Below are positions 32,605 through 41,140 of a DNA stretch of 41,140 nucleotides, piece after piece. The position numbers were made by a program, and so were the translations under genes. Source of the DNA: Deltaproteobacteria bacterium (GTDB lineage Bacteria; Desulfobacterota; Desulfobacteria; Desulfobacterales; ETH-SRB1); NCBI GenBank assembly GCA_049190315.1, contig JAIVWD010000003.1:1-41140 (forward strand), written 5' to 3'. The notes beneath the pieces were generated by a model. That model searched no databases and was not told where the DNA came from. It saw only the letters and a list, made by a program, of their open reading frames with translations. The stretch's first letter is position 1, and each line of letters opens with the position of its first letter.

Positions 32605-32621
32605 GAAGCCGTTATGATTAT

Positions 32622-32708
32622 GCCGAAGTGGCGGAACTGGTAGACGCGCTAGGTTCAGGGTCTAGTGGGGGTATCTCTGTGGGAGTTCGAGTCTCCCCTT
32701 CGGCACCA
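32622..32708 (+). tRNA. tRNA-Leu (anticodon CAG), CCA encoded
   Basis: Acceptor stem GCCGAAG/CTTCGGC. Anticodon arm CTAGG-TTCAGGG-TCTAG, so the anticodon is CAG. Long variable arm and T-arm GGGAG-TTCGAGT-CTCCC. Discriminator A plus CCA. Confidence 0.93.
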
Positions 32709-32721
32709 TCTATAAAAAATT

Positions 32722-32751
32722 AGCCGCAATCTCAAAGGGTTGTGGCTTTTT
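32722..32751 (+). terminator. Intrinsic terminator after tRNA-Leu
   Basis: AGCCGCAA / TTGTGGCT stem (one G-U pair) followed by TTTTT. Confidence 0.7.
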
Positions 32752-32803
32752 GGCAATACTCCTCTCCTAAACTGAATGCTGATCCCCGGCCTCTAAATTA
32801 GTT

Positions 32804-33172
32804 ATGCTTTATAGATTTTTAGCTGACGCTATCATAATTATCCATTTGATTTTCATTCTATTTGTAATTTCAGGTGGATTATTAGCGCTCAGGAATAAAA
32901 GATGGTCGATAGTCCATTTGCCGGCAGTCATATGGGCGGCAGCCATCGAATTTAAAGGCTGGATATGCCCACTTACACCACTTGAAAACTGGTTTCGAGA
33001 AAAAGGAGGAAATGCAATTTATCAAGGTGATTTTATAGAGCACTATTTACTTCCAATAATTTATCCCGCAGATCTAACAAGAGGACTGCAAATATTCTTT
33101 GGATTATCCGCAATTATTATTAACATCGCCGTATATGTATGGGTTCTTAATAGAATTCGCGTTAAAGTGTAG
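32804..33172 (+). CDS. DUF2784 family membrane protein
   Basis: LADAIIIIHLIFILFVISGG ... GWICPLTPLENWFR is the conserved DUF2784 core as I recall it. Confidence 0.65.
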   Translation: MLYRFLADAIIIIHLIFILFVISGGLLALRNKRWSIVHLPAVIWAAAIEFKGWICPLTPLENWFREKGGNAIYQGDFIEHYLLPIIYPADLTRGLQIFFGLSAIIINIAVYVWVLNRIRVKV

Positions 33173-33187
33173 ATCTAATTAAATTTT

Positions 33188-33281
33188 TGACAGGATATAC
33201 AGGATGATCAGGATATAAGAAAATGGGGTCAGGTCTGCCTTTGACCCTTATTAATACTGGTTTGTATTTTTCCTATCTGTC
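33188..33281. mobile_element. Palindromic element family 6, copy a
   Basis: TGACAGGATA... arm, central hairpin GGGGTCAGGTCTGCCTTTGACCC, ...TCCTATCTGTC arm. The hairpin and one arm recur at 39907-39947. Confidence 0.5.
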
Positions 33282-33445
33282 TTTTAATTTCTCTATCATA
33301 TTTTTTAAGCCTCGAAACTCATTTTCGGTGGCAGTGGTGTCGCCTTGATTAGTGATTATAGGTTGACGTGATGGGGCTAAGGAATCTTGCTGTTTTTTGA
33401 GTTTGTAAATTTCTGATAATGCATTAACTTATTAGTTCTTGCATG

Positions 33446-33604
33446 GTGACTACTCACGTAGTCAGGCTGAAGCTGTTTAGGCTGAAGGAGTCAGAAGAGC
33501 ACGATTGCCATACTTTTAGCGGAAACATCTGATTCTTGCACCAAAGATGGCTTCAAAAAGCTCTTTTTCCTAACAGCCTTCAGCCTATCCACCTGGGTAG
33601 TTAC
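33446..33604 (+). mobile_element. MITE-like element family 2, copy b
   Basis: Collinear with 24874-25046. It differs by two short deletions in the GCTGAAGG sub-repeats plus scattered substitutions. Confidence 0.75.
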
Positions 33605-33648
33605 CTTGCATGATAACTGAATAAATTTTTAAGGAGAATTATAATAAT

Positions 33649-34404
33649 ATGGGTTGGTTTGGAAAAGTTGTTGGAGGTACTATAGGATTTGCATTAGGCG
33701 GCCCTCTCGGTGCTGTCGCAGGAGCTGCATTTGGACATACATTTGATTCAAACGGTAAGCAACGCTATATTAATGATAATACACGTTTTTCATCGGGCGA
33801 AGAGGCTCAGTTCACCTTTTTTATAGCGGCATTTTCAATGCTTGCAAAGCTTGCTAAAACTGATGGCCGCATATCAAAGGAAGAAATTGATTCCATAGAA
33901 GATTTTATGGTTAAAGATTTAAACCTTAATCTTGAAAGCAGAAGACTTGCCATGAACATTTTTCATGCAGCTACCAGATCTCAGGAGACCTTCCATGATT
34001 TTGCGAATCAGTTCTACATGCAGTTTAACAGACAGCCTCAGCTCCTGGAACTTATGATGGATATGCTTTTTAGAGTATCTGTTGCCGATGGAGTCCTTAG
34101 TGAGAGTGAAGAACAGCTTATTCACTCTGCTGCAAGGGTATTCAACTTCAATGATGCGGAATACAGTAAACTTAAGTCCAGATATATTAAGGATTTTGAA
34201 AAATATTATGCAATTCTTGGATGCAGCGGAAATGATTCAGATGCTCAGATAAAAAAGCAGTACAGAAAACTGGTTTTAGAATACCATCCCGATAAGATTG
34301 CATCAAAGGGTCTTCCTGAAGAGTTTACAAAATTTGCTAATGATAAATTCCGGGAGATTCAAGGGGCGTATGAAGTCATAAAAAAAGAAAAGGGGATCAA
34401 ATAG
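33649..34404 (+). CDS. djlA: Co-chaperone DjlA (TerB-like domain + C-terminal J domain)
   Basis: An N-terminal Gly-rich TM segment, a TerB-like middle region and the J domain YYAILGCSGNDSDAQIKKQYRKLVLEYHPDK. Confidence 0.85.
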   Translation: MGWFGKVVGGTIGFALGGPLGAVAGAAFGHTFDSNGKQRYINDNTRFSSGEEAQFTFFIAAFSMLAKLAKTDGRISKEEIDSIEDFMVKDLNLNLESRRLAMNIFHAATRSQETFHDFANQFYMQFNRQPQLLELMMDMLFRVSVADGVLSESEEQLIHSAARVFNFNDAEYSKLKSRYIKDFEKYYAILGCSGNDSDAQIKKQYRKLVLEYHPDKIASKGLPEEFTKFANDKFREIQGAYEVIKKEKGIK

Positions 34405-34548
34405 TGCCTGAATGAAAACTGCTAATTTTCCCAATTTCTGCGTCAGGCTTAAATTTTAATCCTCAAAATACTCAATGTATTCCTGCGGTTAAAATTTGCG
34501 CCTTCCTTGAACTTGAAAAAATTTTCTAGTTTTCGTTCGGGCACTAAA
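34401..34548. mobile_element. MITE-like element family 3, copy b
   Basis: ATAGTGCCTGAATGAAAACTGCTAATTTTCCCAATTTCTGCGTCAGGCT ... ATTCCTGCGGTTAAAATTTGCG...TTTTCGTTCGGGCACTAAA equals the reverse complement of copy a's arms. The stop codons of djlA (TAG 34402-34404) and mtaB (34544-34546) lie inside its terminal repeats. Confidence 0.7.
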
Positions 34549-35866
34549 TAGTTCCGAATAAAGAATTATCGTTATTTATTTTTTCAATTTCAGCATCAAC
34601 TATTGTATTCTTCAAATCATCATTTCCGCTCAAAAATATCGGCAAATAATTTGAAGTCATACCTTTTAAAAAGCCTGTTGCTTTGTCTCTTTTTGCCTCT
34701 ATAAGAACTTCAACTTTTTTGCCGATATTTTTTTTGTAAAATTCCTTTTTTTTGATATTTCCCAGATCACGCATTGTTTTACATCTTTCTTTAATAATTT
34801 TCGATGGTACTTTATCCGGAAAGCTGCTTGCCGGTGTTCCTTTGCGGGAAGAAAAAGGAAAAACATGGAGATAGGTTGCCGGCAGTTCTTCAATTAGATT
34901 ATATGTATTTTCAAAGGCCTCCTCAGTCTCGCCCGGAAATCCTATAACAGTATCAACTCCTATTGCGGCATCAGGTATTAATTCATGAATTCTATATAGT
35001 AACTGCCTGAACATTGATCTTGTATATGGCCGTCGCATTTTTTTTAATATTAAATCATCTCCGCTCTGCAAAGGAATATGGAAATGACGGCAGAAAATAT
35101 CTGATTCAGCTACTGTCTTTATAATGGCTTCAGTTAATTCAAGAGGTTCTATTGAGCTTAGTCTGACGCGTTCAATAGCCCTTGACTTATTTATATGTTT
35201 TATGAGTTCTGTTAAATTTTTTTGTGGCGAGAGATCGAGTCCATAGCGGCCAAGGTGTATGCCGGAAAGGACGACTTCCCGGTATCCGGATTTTTTAATC
35301 CGGATGATATTATCTAATATGTTTTTTAAGGGCATGCTGCGGCTGCGGCCTCTGGCATAAGGAACAATGCAGTAGGAGCAAAAAGCGTTGCAGCCGTCCT
35401 GTATTTTTAGAAAAGGCCTTGTTCTTTCCCCAAGCGCAACAGGCATTTGCTTGAAAGTTTTTTCATTAATTATGTCATTGTAGATGGTTACAGGAAATAC
35501 AAAATCTTTTTCTTCTGTTGATGTAATTATTTCCGGGATTTTATGTTTGCCGGCATGGCCGATTATATAATGGACTCCTTTGATTTTTTTAATCTCATCG
35601 GGTTCGGTTTGTGCATAACAGCCTGTAACAATTATACGCGCACGCGGGTTAGAGCGTATTGCATGTCTTACTGCCTGCCGTGACTGCATGGCTGCTTTCC
35701 GGGTAACAGTGCATGTATTTATTATGCAAAATCCTGAATCTTCTCCTAAAGGAACAGAAGTCCATCCCGACTCTTTCAAGATCTGAATTATGGATTCTGA
35801 CTCGCAATGATTTACTTTACAGCCTAATGTTGTGATGGAAAAATTTTGCATAAATTCAGCTTTCAA
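34544..35866 (-). CDS. mtaB: Radical-SAM tRNA methylthiotransferase, MtaB-like
   Basis: N-terminal TLGCKVNHCESE, the radical SAM motif CNAFCSYCIVP and a C-terminal TRAM-like domain. Confidence 0.75.
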   Translation of the reverse strand: MKAEFMQNFSITTLGCKVNHCESESIIQILKESGWTSVPLGEDSGFCIINTCTVTRKAAMQSRQAVRHAIRSNPRARIIVTGCYAQTEPDEIKKIKGVHYIIGHAGKHKIPEIITSTEEKDFVFPVTIYNDIINEKTFKQMPVALGERTRPFLKIQDGCNAFCSYCIVPYARGRSRSMPLKNILDNIIRIKKSGYREVVLSGIHLGRYGLDLSPQKNLTELIKHINKSRAIERVRLSSIEPLELTEAIIKTVAESDIFCRHFHIPLQSGDDLILKKMRRPYTRSMFRQLLYRIHELIPDAAIGVDTVIGFPGETEEAFENTYNLIEELPATYLHVFPFSSRKGTPASSFPDKVPSKIIKERCKTMRDLGNIKKKEFYKKNIGKKVEVLIEAKRDKATGFLKGMTSNYLPIFLSGNDDLKNTIVDAEIEKINNDNSLFGTI

Positions 35867-36971
35867 TCCAGCCGCCGCCGATTACTTCATCTCCTGTATA
35901 GAATACAGCGCCCTGTCCGGGAGTTATAGCTGATTGAGGGTTTTTAAATTTTACAATTGCCGTTTGTTTTCCCATTGGTAGGAGAGTAGCCTCTACTGCT
36001 TTGTGACGGTATCTTATACGGACATAAACTTTTATCAAAAAAGTCGGTTCTTGATTTATCCAGTTTATTTTTATAACCTTACATTTTTTTAATAGTAAAT
36101 CTTTTTTATAACCGACTATCAAAATGTTTCGCTTTATATCAATATTTACAACATAATAAGGCTCGGAAGCAGGACAGTTTATGCCTTTTCTTTGGCCAAT
36201 GGTATAAAGATGCAGACCTCTGTGTTTGCCCAAAAGGTTGCCGTTAAGATCTTTTATTAGCCCCGGCTTTGGTTTAAATCCTTGTTGTTGTTCAAGGAAA
36301 TATCCATAATTATTGTCTTTGATAAAGCAGATATCCTGGCTTTCTCTACTTGCAATTGGTTTAAGTCCTTTTTCCTTACTGATTTTTAGAACTTCTGATT
36401 TTGTCAAATTTCCAAGAGGAAAACAGGCAGCGGCAAGTTGTTTTTGCTCTAATAAGGCAAGAAAATAAGACTGGTCCTTTTGCGGATCAATACCTTTAAG
36501 AAGGTGGTACCTGTTTTTTCTGTCTTTTATTACTCTGGCATAATGCCCTGTTGCAATATGAGTGGCTCCCATTTTGCGGGCAAAATTTAGAACAGTCCCA
36601 AATTTAATTGAGCTATTGCATACCATGCATGGGTTGGGGGTTTTGCCGGCCTTATAGGTTTGTATAAAATTATCGACAACATTTTTTTTAAATTCAGTAC
36701 TACAGTCGATAATTTCAATGCATATGCCAAGTTGTTCGGCTAATTTAGAGATATTTTGGCGAATGTAATCTTTTGTGCCTGAGGGAGTTGTTGCATATGA
36801 ATTTGTTTCCGGGTTTGCAGGATCTTTAATATTCGTATGATAAAAGGGCCTGGTTTCATATCCGGTTATAAAATGGATACCAATGAGTTTAAGGCCCTGT
36901 TTTTTTAATAAATAGGCTGCTGTTAGAGAATCTACGCCGCCGCTTATCGCTATGGCCGTTAACTGTGTCAT
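35856..36971 (-). CDS. mnmA: tRNA 2-thiouridine(34) synthase MnmA
   Basis: PP-loop AISGGVDS, NPCMVCN, ATGHYAR, KDQSYFL. Confidence 0.9.
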   Translation of the reverse strand: MTQLTAIAISGGVDSLTAAYLLKKQGLKLIGIHFITGYETRPFYHTNIKDPANPETNSYATTPSGTKDYIRQNISKLAEQLGICIEIIDCSTEFKKNVVDNFIQTYKAGKTPNPCMVCNSSIKFGTVLNFARKMGATHIATGHYARVIKDRKNRYHLLKGIDPQKDQSYFLALLEQKQLAAACFPLGNLTKSEVLKISKEKGLKPIASRESQDICFIKDNNYGYFLEQQQGFKPKPGLIKDLNGNLLGKHRGLHLYTIGQRKGINCPASEPYYVVNIDIKRNILIVGYKKDLLLKKCKVIKINWINQEPTFLIKVYVRIRYRHKAVEATLLPMGKQTAIVKFKNPQSAITPGQGAVFYTGDEVIGGGWIES

Positions 36972-37396
36972 TCAAAAAAAACGTTCTTTGTAGGGCGAAC
37001 TTCCATTGCCCTGGGAGGGCAGGCAGGTACGCAAAGTTCACATACACTGCATTTTTTTTGATCAAAGACAATATTCATTTCTGGCCGTTGAATGGATAGA
37101 GCGCCGGTTGGGCAGACAGCAGTGCATGCTCCGCAGTGCGTGCATTTTTTATTATCATGCTTTACTTCCTGGGATGCATTCTGAACGTGTACTCCTTCAG
37201 TCTTGAGATATTGTACACCTTCTCTGAAGTTTTTTCTGGTTCCGGATAGTTCGAGAACCATAACTCCCTCTTTTCTGGGAAGTACTGTGGCATTAAGGAT
37301 ATTAAAGGTAAGATCATAATCTTTAACAAGGTAACAGACTATAGGCTTTTGAACCATAGTTTTTGGAAAGCGAAGAATAAGTATTTTTGAGTACAC
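36968..37396 (-). CDS. NIL-domain protein fused to a 2x[4Fe-4S] ferredoxin
   Basis: An N-terminal NIL-like segment (ILRFPK...PIVCYLVKDYDLTFNILNA) followed by CTHCGACTAVCP and CSVCELCVPACP. Confidence 0.7.
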   Translation of the reverse strand: MYSKILILRFPKTMVQKPIVCYLVKDYDLTFNILNATVLPRKEGVMVLELSGTRKNFREGVQYLKTEGVHVQNASQEVKHDNKKCTHCGACTAVCPTGALSIQRPEMNIVFDQKKCSVCELCVPACPPRAMEVRPTKNVFFE

Positions 37397-37459
37397 AATC
37401 GGCCTCCGGGGAATTGTTTATTCTTATATAAACTTATAGTATAAGGATTTCCATTTTTT

Positions 37460-37697
37460 GCTTAATGAATTCGGTATGATAAGACAGATGAGTAAAAAGT
37501 GCCTAAAATGCCTAAAGTTGTAGTACGCCTTCGGCGTGCTAATTATATAATCCAAAACTACAGAAGTTTGTTCTCTCCCTCGTGCATTGATGACTTAAGG
37601 AATATATAAAATGGCAGCATTCCTTAACTTTAGGCACTTTAATATACTTTAGCTCACTTTAGGCACTTATATTATGTCCGCACCAAAGGTATGCGCT
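37460..37697 (-). mobile_element. MITE-like element family 1, copy b
   Basis: The reverse complement aligns with 25716-25970 and shares AAGTGCCTAAAGTGAGCTAAAGTATATTAAAGTGCCTAAAGTTAA.GAATGCTGCCATTTTATATA. One AGTGAGCTAAAGTGCCTAAA sub-repeat is missing. Confidence 0.8.
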
Positions 37698-37772
37698 ATT
37701 TTTACTGTAATTGCTATTAGATAACATGTCAATATTATGAATTCTTAAAAAGGCAAATTCATCAAGTTTTAT

Positions 37773-38621
37773 ATGAAGACAATTTTTGAAAAGGGTTATC
37801 TAAATACTGGAAAAAATAAGAGCATTGAGTGGGGCCATATAAGAAATGCTTCCCCAAAGGGTCTTATATTTGTTCCGCCATTGATAGGCGGCAAATTAGC
37901 ACAACAGGTAATTTCCTTTCGCTGGTTAATTCGCAAGAAATATGACCTTATCTCTTTTAACTTTTCCGGACATGGAGACTCATCAGATAAATTTTCACTT
38001 AGATCCTCCAATCAGGATACCTTGCATATGCTTTTACATGTATGCAGGCTGAGCCAAAAAGAAAGTTTGCCTCTATACGGTATAGCTTCCTGTTATTCCG
38101 CGATACCCATCCTGTATGCGGCTCACAGTCTGAAGGAACCTTTTAAAAGACTGGTGCTGATAAATGCAATTTCAAAATTATGTCTTAAGTCAGTTATAAA
38201 TTCTTTTTTTTCATATTACCGGAAAAAATTTTCGCCTCATAAAAGTCTTAAAAAAACAATAGAGGCGGTCAGCTATTACATGGACTTCCTGTTCCCTGGA
38301 ATTGAAAAAAATGAGAATTATTTTGGTGTGTTAGAACGGAGAAGAACCAGCCTGTTTAGAATTGTATCAGAATTATTTACCTGGAACCCTTTGCATGGTG
38401 TATGTTTGGATAAAACTCCTGTTTTATGTCTTTATGCTCGTAAAGATAGAATTCTGGAAATTTTTGATACTGGTTTCAAAAAAAATTATGAGAATGATAT
38501 TAAACGATTATGCCCACAGGTCACCTTCCATTCTTTGGATGTAGATCATTATTTTTCACAGCCAATGGCGCGAAATGAGGCATTAAAATCAATCAGTTCA
38601 TTCATTTCATATATTCCTTAA
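37773..38621 (+). CDS. Alpha/beta-hydrolase-fold protein (weak call)
   Basis: FVPPLIGG ... FNFSGHGDS resembles an oxyanion/HG region. The candidate nucleophile elbow is unusual (GIASCYSA). The length fits the fold. Confidence 0.4.
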   Translation: MKTIFEKGYLNTGKNKSIEWGHIRNASPKGLIFVPPLIGGKLAQQVISFRWLIRKKYDLISFNFSGHGDSSDKFSLRSSNQDTLHMLLHVCRLSQKESLPLYGIASCYSAIPILYAAHSLKEPFKRLVLINAISKLCLKSVINSFFSYYRKKFSPHKSLKKTIEAVSYYMDFLFPGIEKNENYFGVLERRRTSLFRIVSELFTWNPLHGVCLDKTPVLCLYARKDRILEIFDTGFKKNYENDIKRLCPQVTFHSLDVDHYFSQPMARNEALKSISSFISYIP

Positions 38622-38717
38622 CCCCATCCACAGATTACGCAGATTTCACAGATTAAATTTCAAAAATATTTGAAACATACCTAAAAACTGCTCCAAATTC
38701 ATGATTGACTTTTTATA

Positions 38718-38757
38718 CTAATCTGTATTATACAGATGTGCATAATACAGATTAGTG
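38718..38757. promoter_or_regulatory. Perfect 15-bp inverted repeat (operator-like) upstream of the ATPase gene
   Basis: ACTAATCTGTATTAT-(10 nt)-ATAATACAGATTAGT ends 25 nt before ATG 38782. Confidence 0.5.
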
Positions 38758-38781
38758 AAATACTCAAAAAAGGAGAAACTC

Positions 38782-39891
38782 ATGAATCCTTTTAAATACG
38801 GTACCATAGTTTCAGGCAAGGATTTTTGTGGAAGGAAAACTTTGCTTAAGCAAATTATCGGATATATCGAATCATCGCAACACATTGTGATCCTGGGTGA
38901 AAGGCGGGTTGGAAAATCATCCGCAGTCTATGAGGCTGTTATAAAATGTAATGGGGAGCGCCTCTTATATGTGGATTTGCTGGGCATCAAATCCATCGAC
39001 GCTCTGTGCAGAAGGATTCTCCGTGCAATTGTTGTCCTGGAGCAAAAAACAGGTTGGTTCGACAAAATAATCAAAACCCTCTCATATCTCAGGCCCACAA
39101 TTTCAGCGGATCCCATAACATCCATGCCAACCGTTTCTTTTGACGCCTCAGTCGAGATGAAGGCCAATTCAATCCCGGAGGTTTTGACTTTGATTGAATC
39201 TCTTGACAAAAAGAGACCGGTGGTCGTGGTCTTTGATGAATTTCAGGACATTTTGAACCTTGAAGATTCCCACGAAGCTCTTGCCATTCTGAGGAGTAAA
39301 ATACAATTTCAAGGCGATATCCCCTACATATTTGTTGGGAGCATACGGCATAAAATGGATGAGATATTTACACATCACGATTCACCTTTCTTCAAGTCCG
39401 CTATCCCCATGACGGTTGATCCCTTGTCCTATAAAGAATTTTCAGAATTCCTGAAAAAGAAATTCATTAGGGGTCAGCGAAAGATTGAGGACGAGGTTTT
39501 GGAAAAGGTGTTTGAAATCGCCAACAACATTCCCGGAGATATACAACAGCTCTGTGAGGCCCTCTGGGAAGTAACCTTAGAAAAAGAAATCATAGGCCCG
39601 GACAAACTGAAAAACGCCCTTGAATTGATATTTGCCAGGGAACAGAAATCCTACGAAAACTATATCAATCTTTTGACAAATATTCAGCTCAGATGCCTCA
39701 TGGCAATAGCAAAAGAAGGCGGAAAAAGTGTCTTTTCCATCTCGTTCATGAAATCAGCAGGATTTAATAATCCATCATCTGTTCGAAGAGCAATTACACG
39801 AATGCTTAAACTCAATATTTTGTTTGAAATCGGCGGTGAGTTCAGGTTTATAAATCCTTTTTTCAGAGCATGGCTTCCATACAAAGGATAA
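38782..39891 (+). CDS. AAA-type ATPase (Arch_ATPase/ORC-like NTPase with a C-terminal wHTH-like region)
   Basis: Walker A GERRVGKSS and Walker B VVVFDEFQ. Start ATG 38782 has AAGGAG 7 nt upstream. Confidence 0.7.
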   Translation: MNPFKYGTIVSGKDFCGRKTLLKQIIGYIESSQHIVILGERRVGKSSAVYEAVIKCNGERLLYVDLLGIKSIDALCRRILRAIVVLEQKTGWFDKIIKTLSYLRPTISADPITSMPTVSFDASVEMKANSIPEVLTLIESLDKKRPVVVVFDEFQDILNLEDSHEALAILRSKIQFQGDIPYIFVGSIRHKMDEIFTHHDSPFFKSAIPMTVDPLSYKEFSEFLKKKFIRGQRKIEDEVLEKVFEIANNIPGDIQQLCEALWEVTLEKEIIGPDKLKNALELIFAREQKSYENYINLLTNIQLRCLMAIAKEGGKSVFSISFMKSAGFNNPSSVRRAITRMLKLNILFEIGGEFRFINPFFRAWLPYKG

Positions 39892-39906
39892 ATCTGAGGA
39901 GTATTT

Positions 39907-39947
39907 GGGGTCAAGTTTGCTCTTGACTCTTACTTATCCTGTCAGCC
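39907..39947. mobile_element. Palindromic element family 6, partial copy b
   Basis: GGGGTCAAGTTTGCTCTTGACTCTTACTTATCCTGTCAGCC compared with 33225-33247 plus the reverse complement of the TGACAGGATA arm. Confidence 0.45.
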
Positions 39948-40075
39948 ACCCTATCCACAAGCCTCTTAAGGGTTGAATCCGTCAGCATCTGTTTCTTCAT
40001 TCTTTACTTTTCCATCTGGGAATGAATTGGTTATAAAATTATTGTTCATATTTTCCTTGGGTTGCCACGAATGCA

Positions 40076-41086
40076 CTAATGTTTTTTTATTTTTTCTTCC
40101 AATTGCTTCAATTCTTCAAAATCCTGTTTATCAGCTAATTGAGCATCTGTTATTTTTCTTTTGGCATTGAATTTTTCATAAATATCGTTCACTTGTTTTT
40201 CCATTTGAATTTTTGAGATACTACCTTTATGAGCCAGCAGTTCTTTATCGTTTAATTCAATAATACGATCTATATTTTCCTGCCAAAATTTTATGGTGAT
40301 GTCCTGTCTGTTTTTTATTCTTAATTCGGCTGTTTCTAAAAATACTACCACAAAACGGTTAAGGCTATCTATCTCATCTTCCGTTAAATAGTTTTTGGCA
40401 ATATAAATATCTTGTTTGCGCACAATAGCGCCTTTCCAACTGGTGAGAGACATGTTGGATTGGTTTTCGTTGGCACGATTTACTACTATTTCAGCGGCTG
40501 TTTTCCCGGTAACAGCATAGAGTATTTTGTTTTGAGTTTCGGCAAAAAACATTTGTGTGGCTTTATCCGTACTGTCATAATCACTGCTTAATGAAAACAG
40601 ATCTCTTGTTTTTTGATAGAACCGTTTTTCAGAAGCACGAATATCACGAATTCGAGCTAAAAATTCATCAAAATAATCAGGGCGTCCATCAGGGTTTTTC
40701 AGGCGTTCATCATCCATAACAAAACCCTTGATCATATATTCTTTTAAATTCCGGTTTGCCCACTTACGAAATTGTGTTCCTCTTTTGCTCCGCACCCTAA
40801 AACCAATGGCAAGAATCATTTCAAGAGAATAAAAAGTTACATTGTATTTTTTGCCATCTGAGGCAGTTGTTAAGTAATCCTTGACAACTGAATTTGCACT
40901 TAATTCCTTTTCATTTAAGATAGTTACAATATGTAAACTTATATTTTGTTTAGAGGTGTCAAAAAGTTCTGCAAGTTGATTCTGGTTCATCCAAATATTG
41001 CCGTCTTTGGCAAATAACGAAACAGAAGTTTTGCCGTCTGATGTATTATAAATAATTATATTTTGCTCTTTATTCATAATTTTCAT
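40076..41086 (-). CDS. RhuM family virulence/DNA-binding protein (full length)
   Basis: IIIYNTSDGKTSVSLFAKDGNIWMNQNQLAELFDTSKQNISLHI, AIGFRVRSKRGTQFRKWAN, KRFYQKTRDLF. 336 aa. Confidence 0.85.
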   Translation of the reverse strand: MKIMNKEQNIIIYNTSDGKTSVSLFAKDGNIWMNQNQLAELFDTSKQNISLHIVTILNEKELSANSVVKDYLTTASDGKKYNVTFYSLEMILAIGFRVRSKRGTQFRKWANRNLKEYMIKGFVMDDERLKNPDGRPDYFDEFLARIRDIRASEKRFYQKTRDLFSLSSDYDSTDKATQMFFAETQNKILYAVTGKTAAEIVVNRANENQSNMSLTSWKGAIVRKQDIYIAKNYLTEDEIDSLNRFVVVFLETAELRIKNRQDITIKFWQENIDRIIELNDKELLAHKGSISKIQMEKQVNDIYEKFNAKRKITDAQLADKQDFEELKQLEEKIKKH

Positions 41087-41140
41087 ATTCTTTTTTTGTC
41101 AGGTCAAATTCCGGCTCTATTATTTTTTCCACTTTGGTGT
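41070..41140 (-). CDS. 3' end of an upstream minus-strand CDS (partial), overlapping the rhuM start
   Basis: An open frame from the window edge reads ...TKVEKIIEPEFDLTKKEYENYE* with its stop at 41072-41070. Function unknown. Confidence 0.35.
   Translation of the reverse strand, partial: TKVEKIIEPEFDLTKKEYENYE

Noticed and set aside
37773-38621. Possible Cys-nucleophile hydrolase (A-S-C-Y-S-A elbow) in the alpha/beta-hydrolase-like ORF.
   Set aside because: The fold assignment itself is weak without a profile search. Assigning the catalytic residue from one pentapeptide would be over-interpretation.

Overview
About 41 kb that looks like a sulfate-reducer-type deltaproteobacterial chromosome (Desulfobacterales-like). 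That guess rests on the Rnf complex, the tetrahaem c3-type cytochromes and ApbE, and it is inference only. No homology search was run; every call comes from reading motifs, gene order and repeats by eye.

1-12.3 kb is a mosaic type I-C CRISPR-Cas locus carrying inserted cargo genes. In order: DUF1016 nuclease, ORF6N, cas3, NYN-domain gene, cas5c-cas8c(+internal cas11c)-cas7c, a cas4 5' fragment, an internally deleted RhuM/Fic gene, cas4-cas1, a solitary repeat, cas2, a leader, then one canonical I-C repeat followed by one type I-E-like repeat. There is no real spacer array.

The main finding is a degenerate mini-CRISPR directly upstream of cas5c. Only the parts needed for one mature crRNA are conserved: the 11-nt 5' handle in the first repeat and the 3' hairpin in the second. 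Positions 1-16 of its 28-nt spacer match a TTC-PAM-flanked site immediately after the -10 box of a near-consensus promoter located after cas3. The only two mismatches fall at positions 6 and 12. That promoter reads into the NYN gene, the mini-CRISPR itself and cas5c-cas8c-cas7c. This is the logic of CreTA/CreR Cascade-repression modules, but here the first repressed product is a protein-coding NYN (PIN-like RNase fold) gene.

12.4-18.9 kb (minus strand) is an rnfB-usp-cytochrome c-rnfCDGEA-rseC operon. The remainder is housekeeping: ion transporter, Usp, ApbE, cytochrome c3, aroQ, rpe, PASTA protein, rsmB, fmt, def, ribF, tRNA-Leu, djlA, mtaB, mnmA. Its intergenic regions hold at least six families of MITE-like palindromic repeats. 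The right edge has an AAA ATPase and a full-length RhuM gene.
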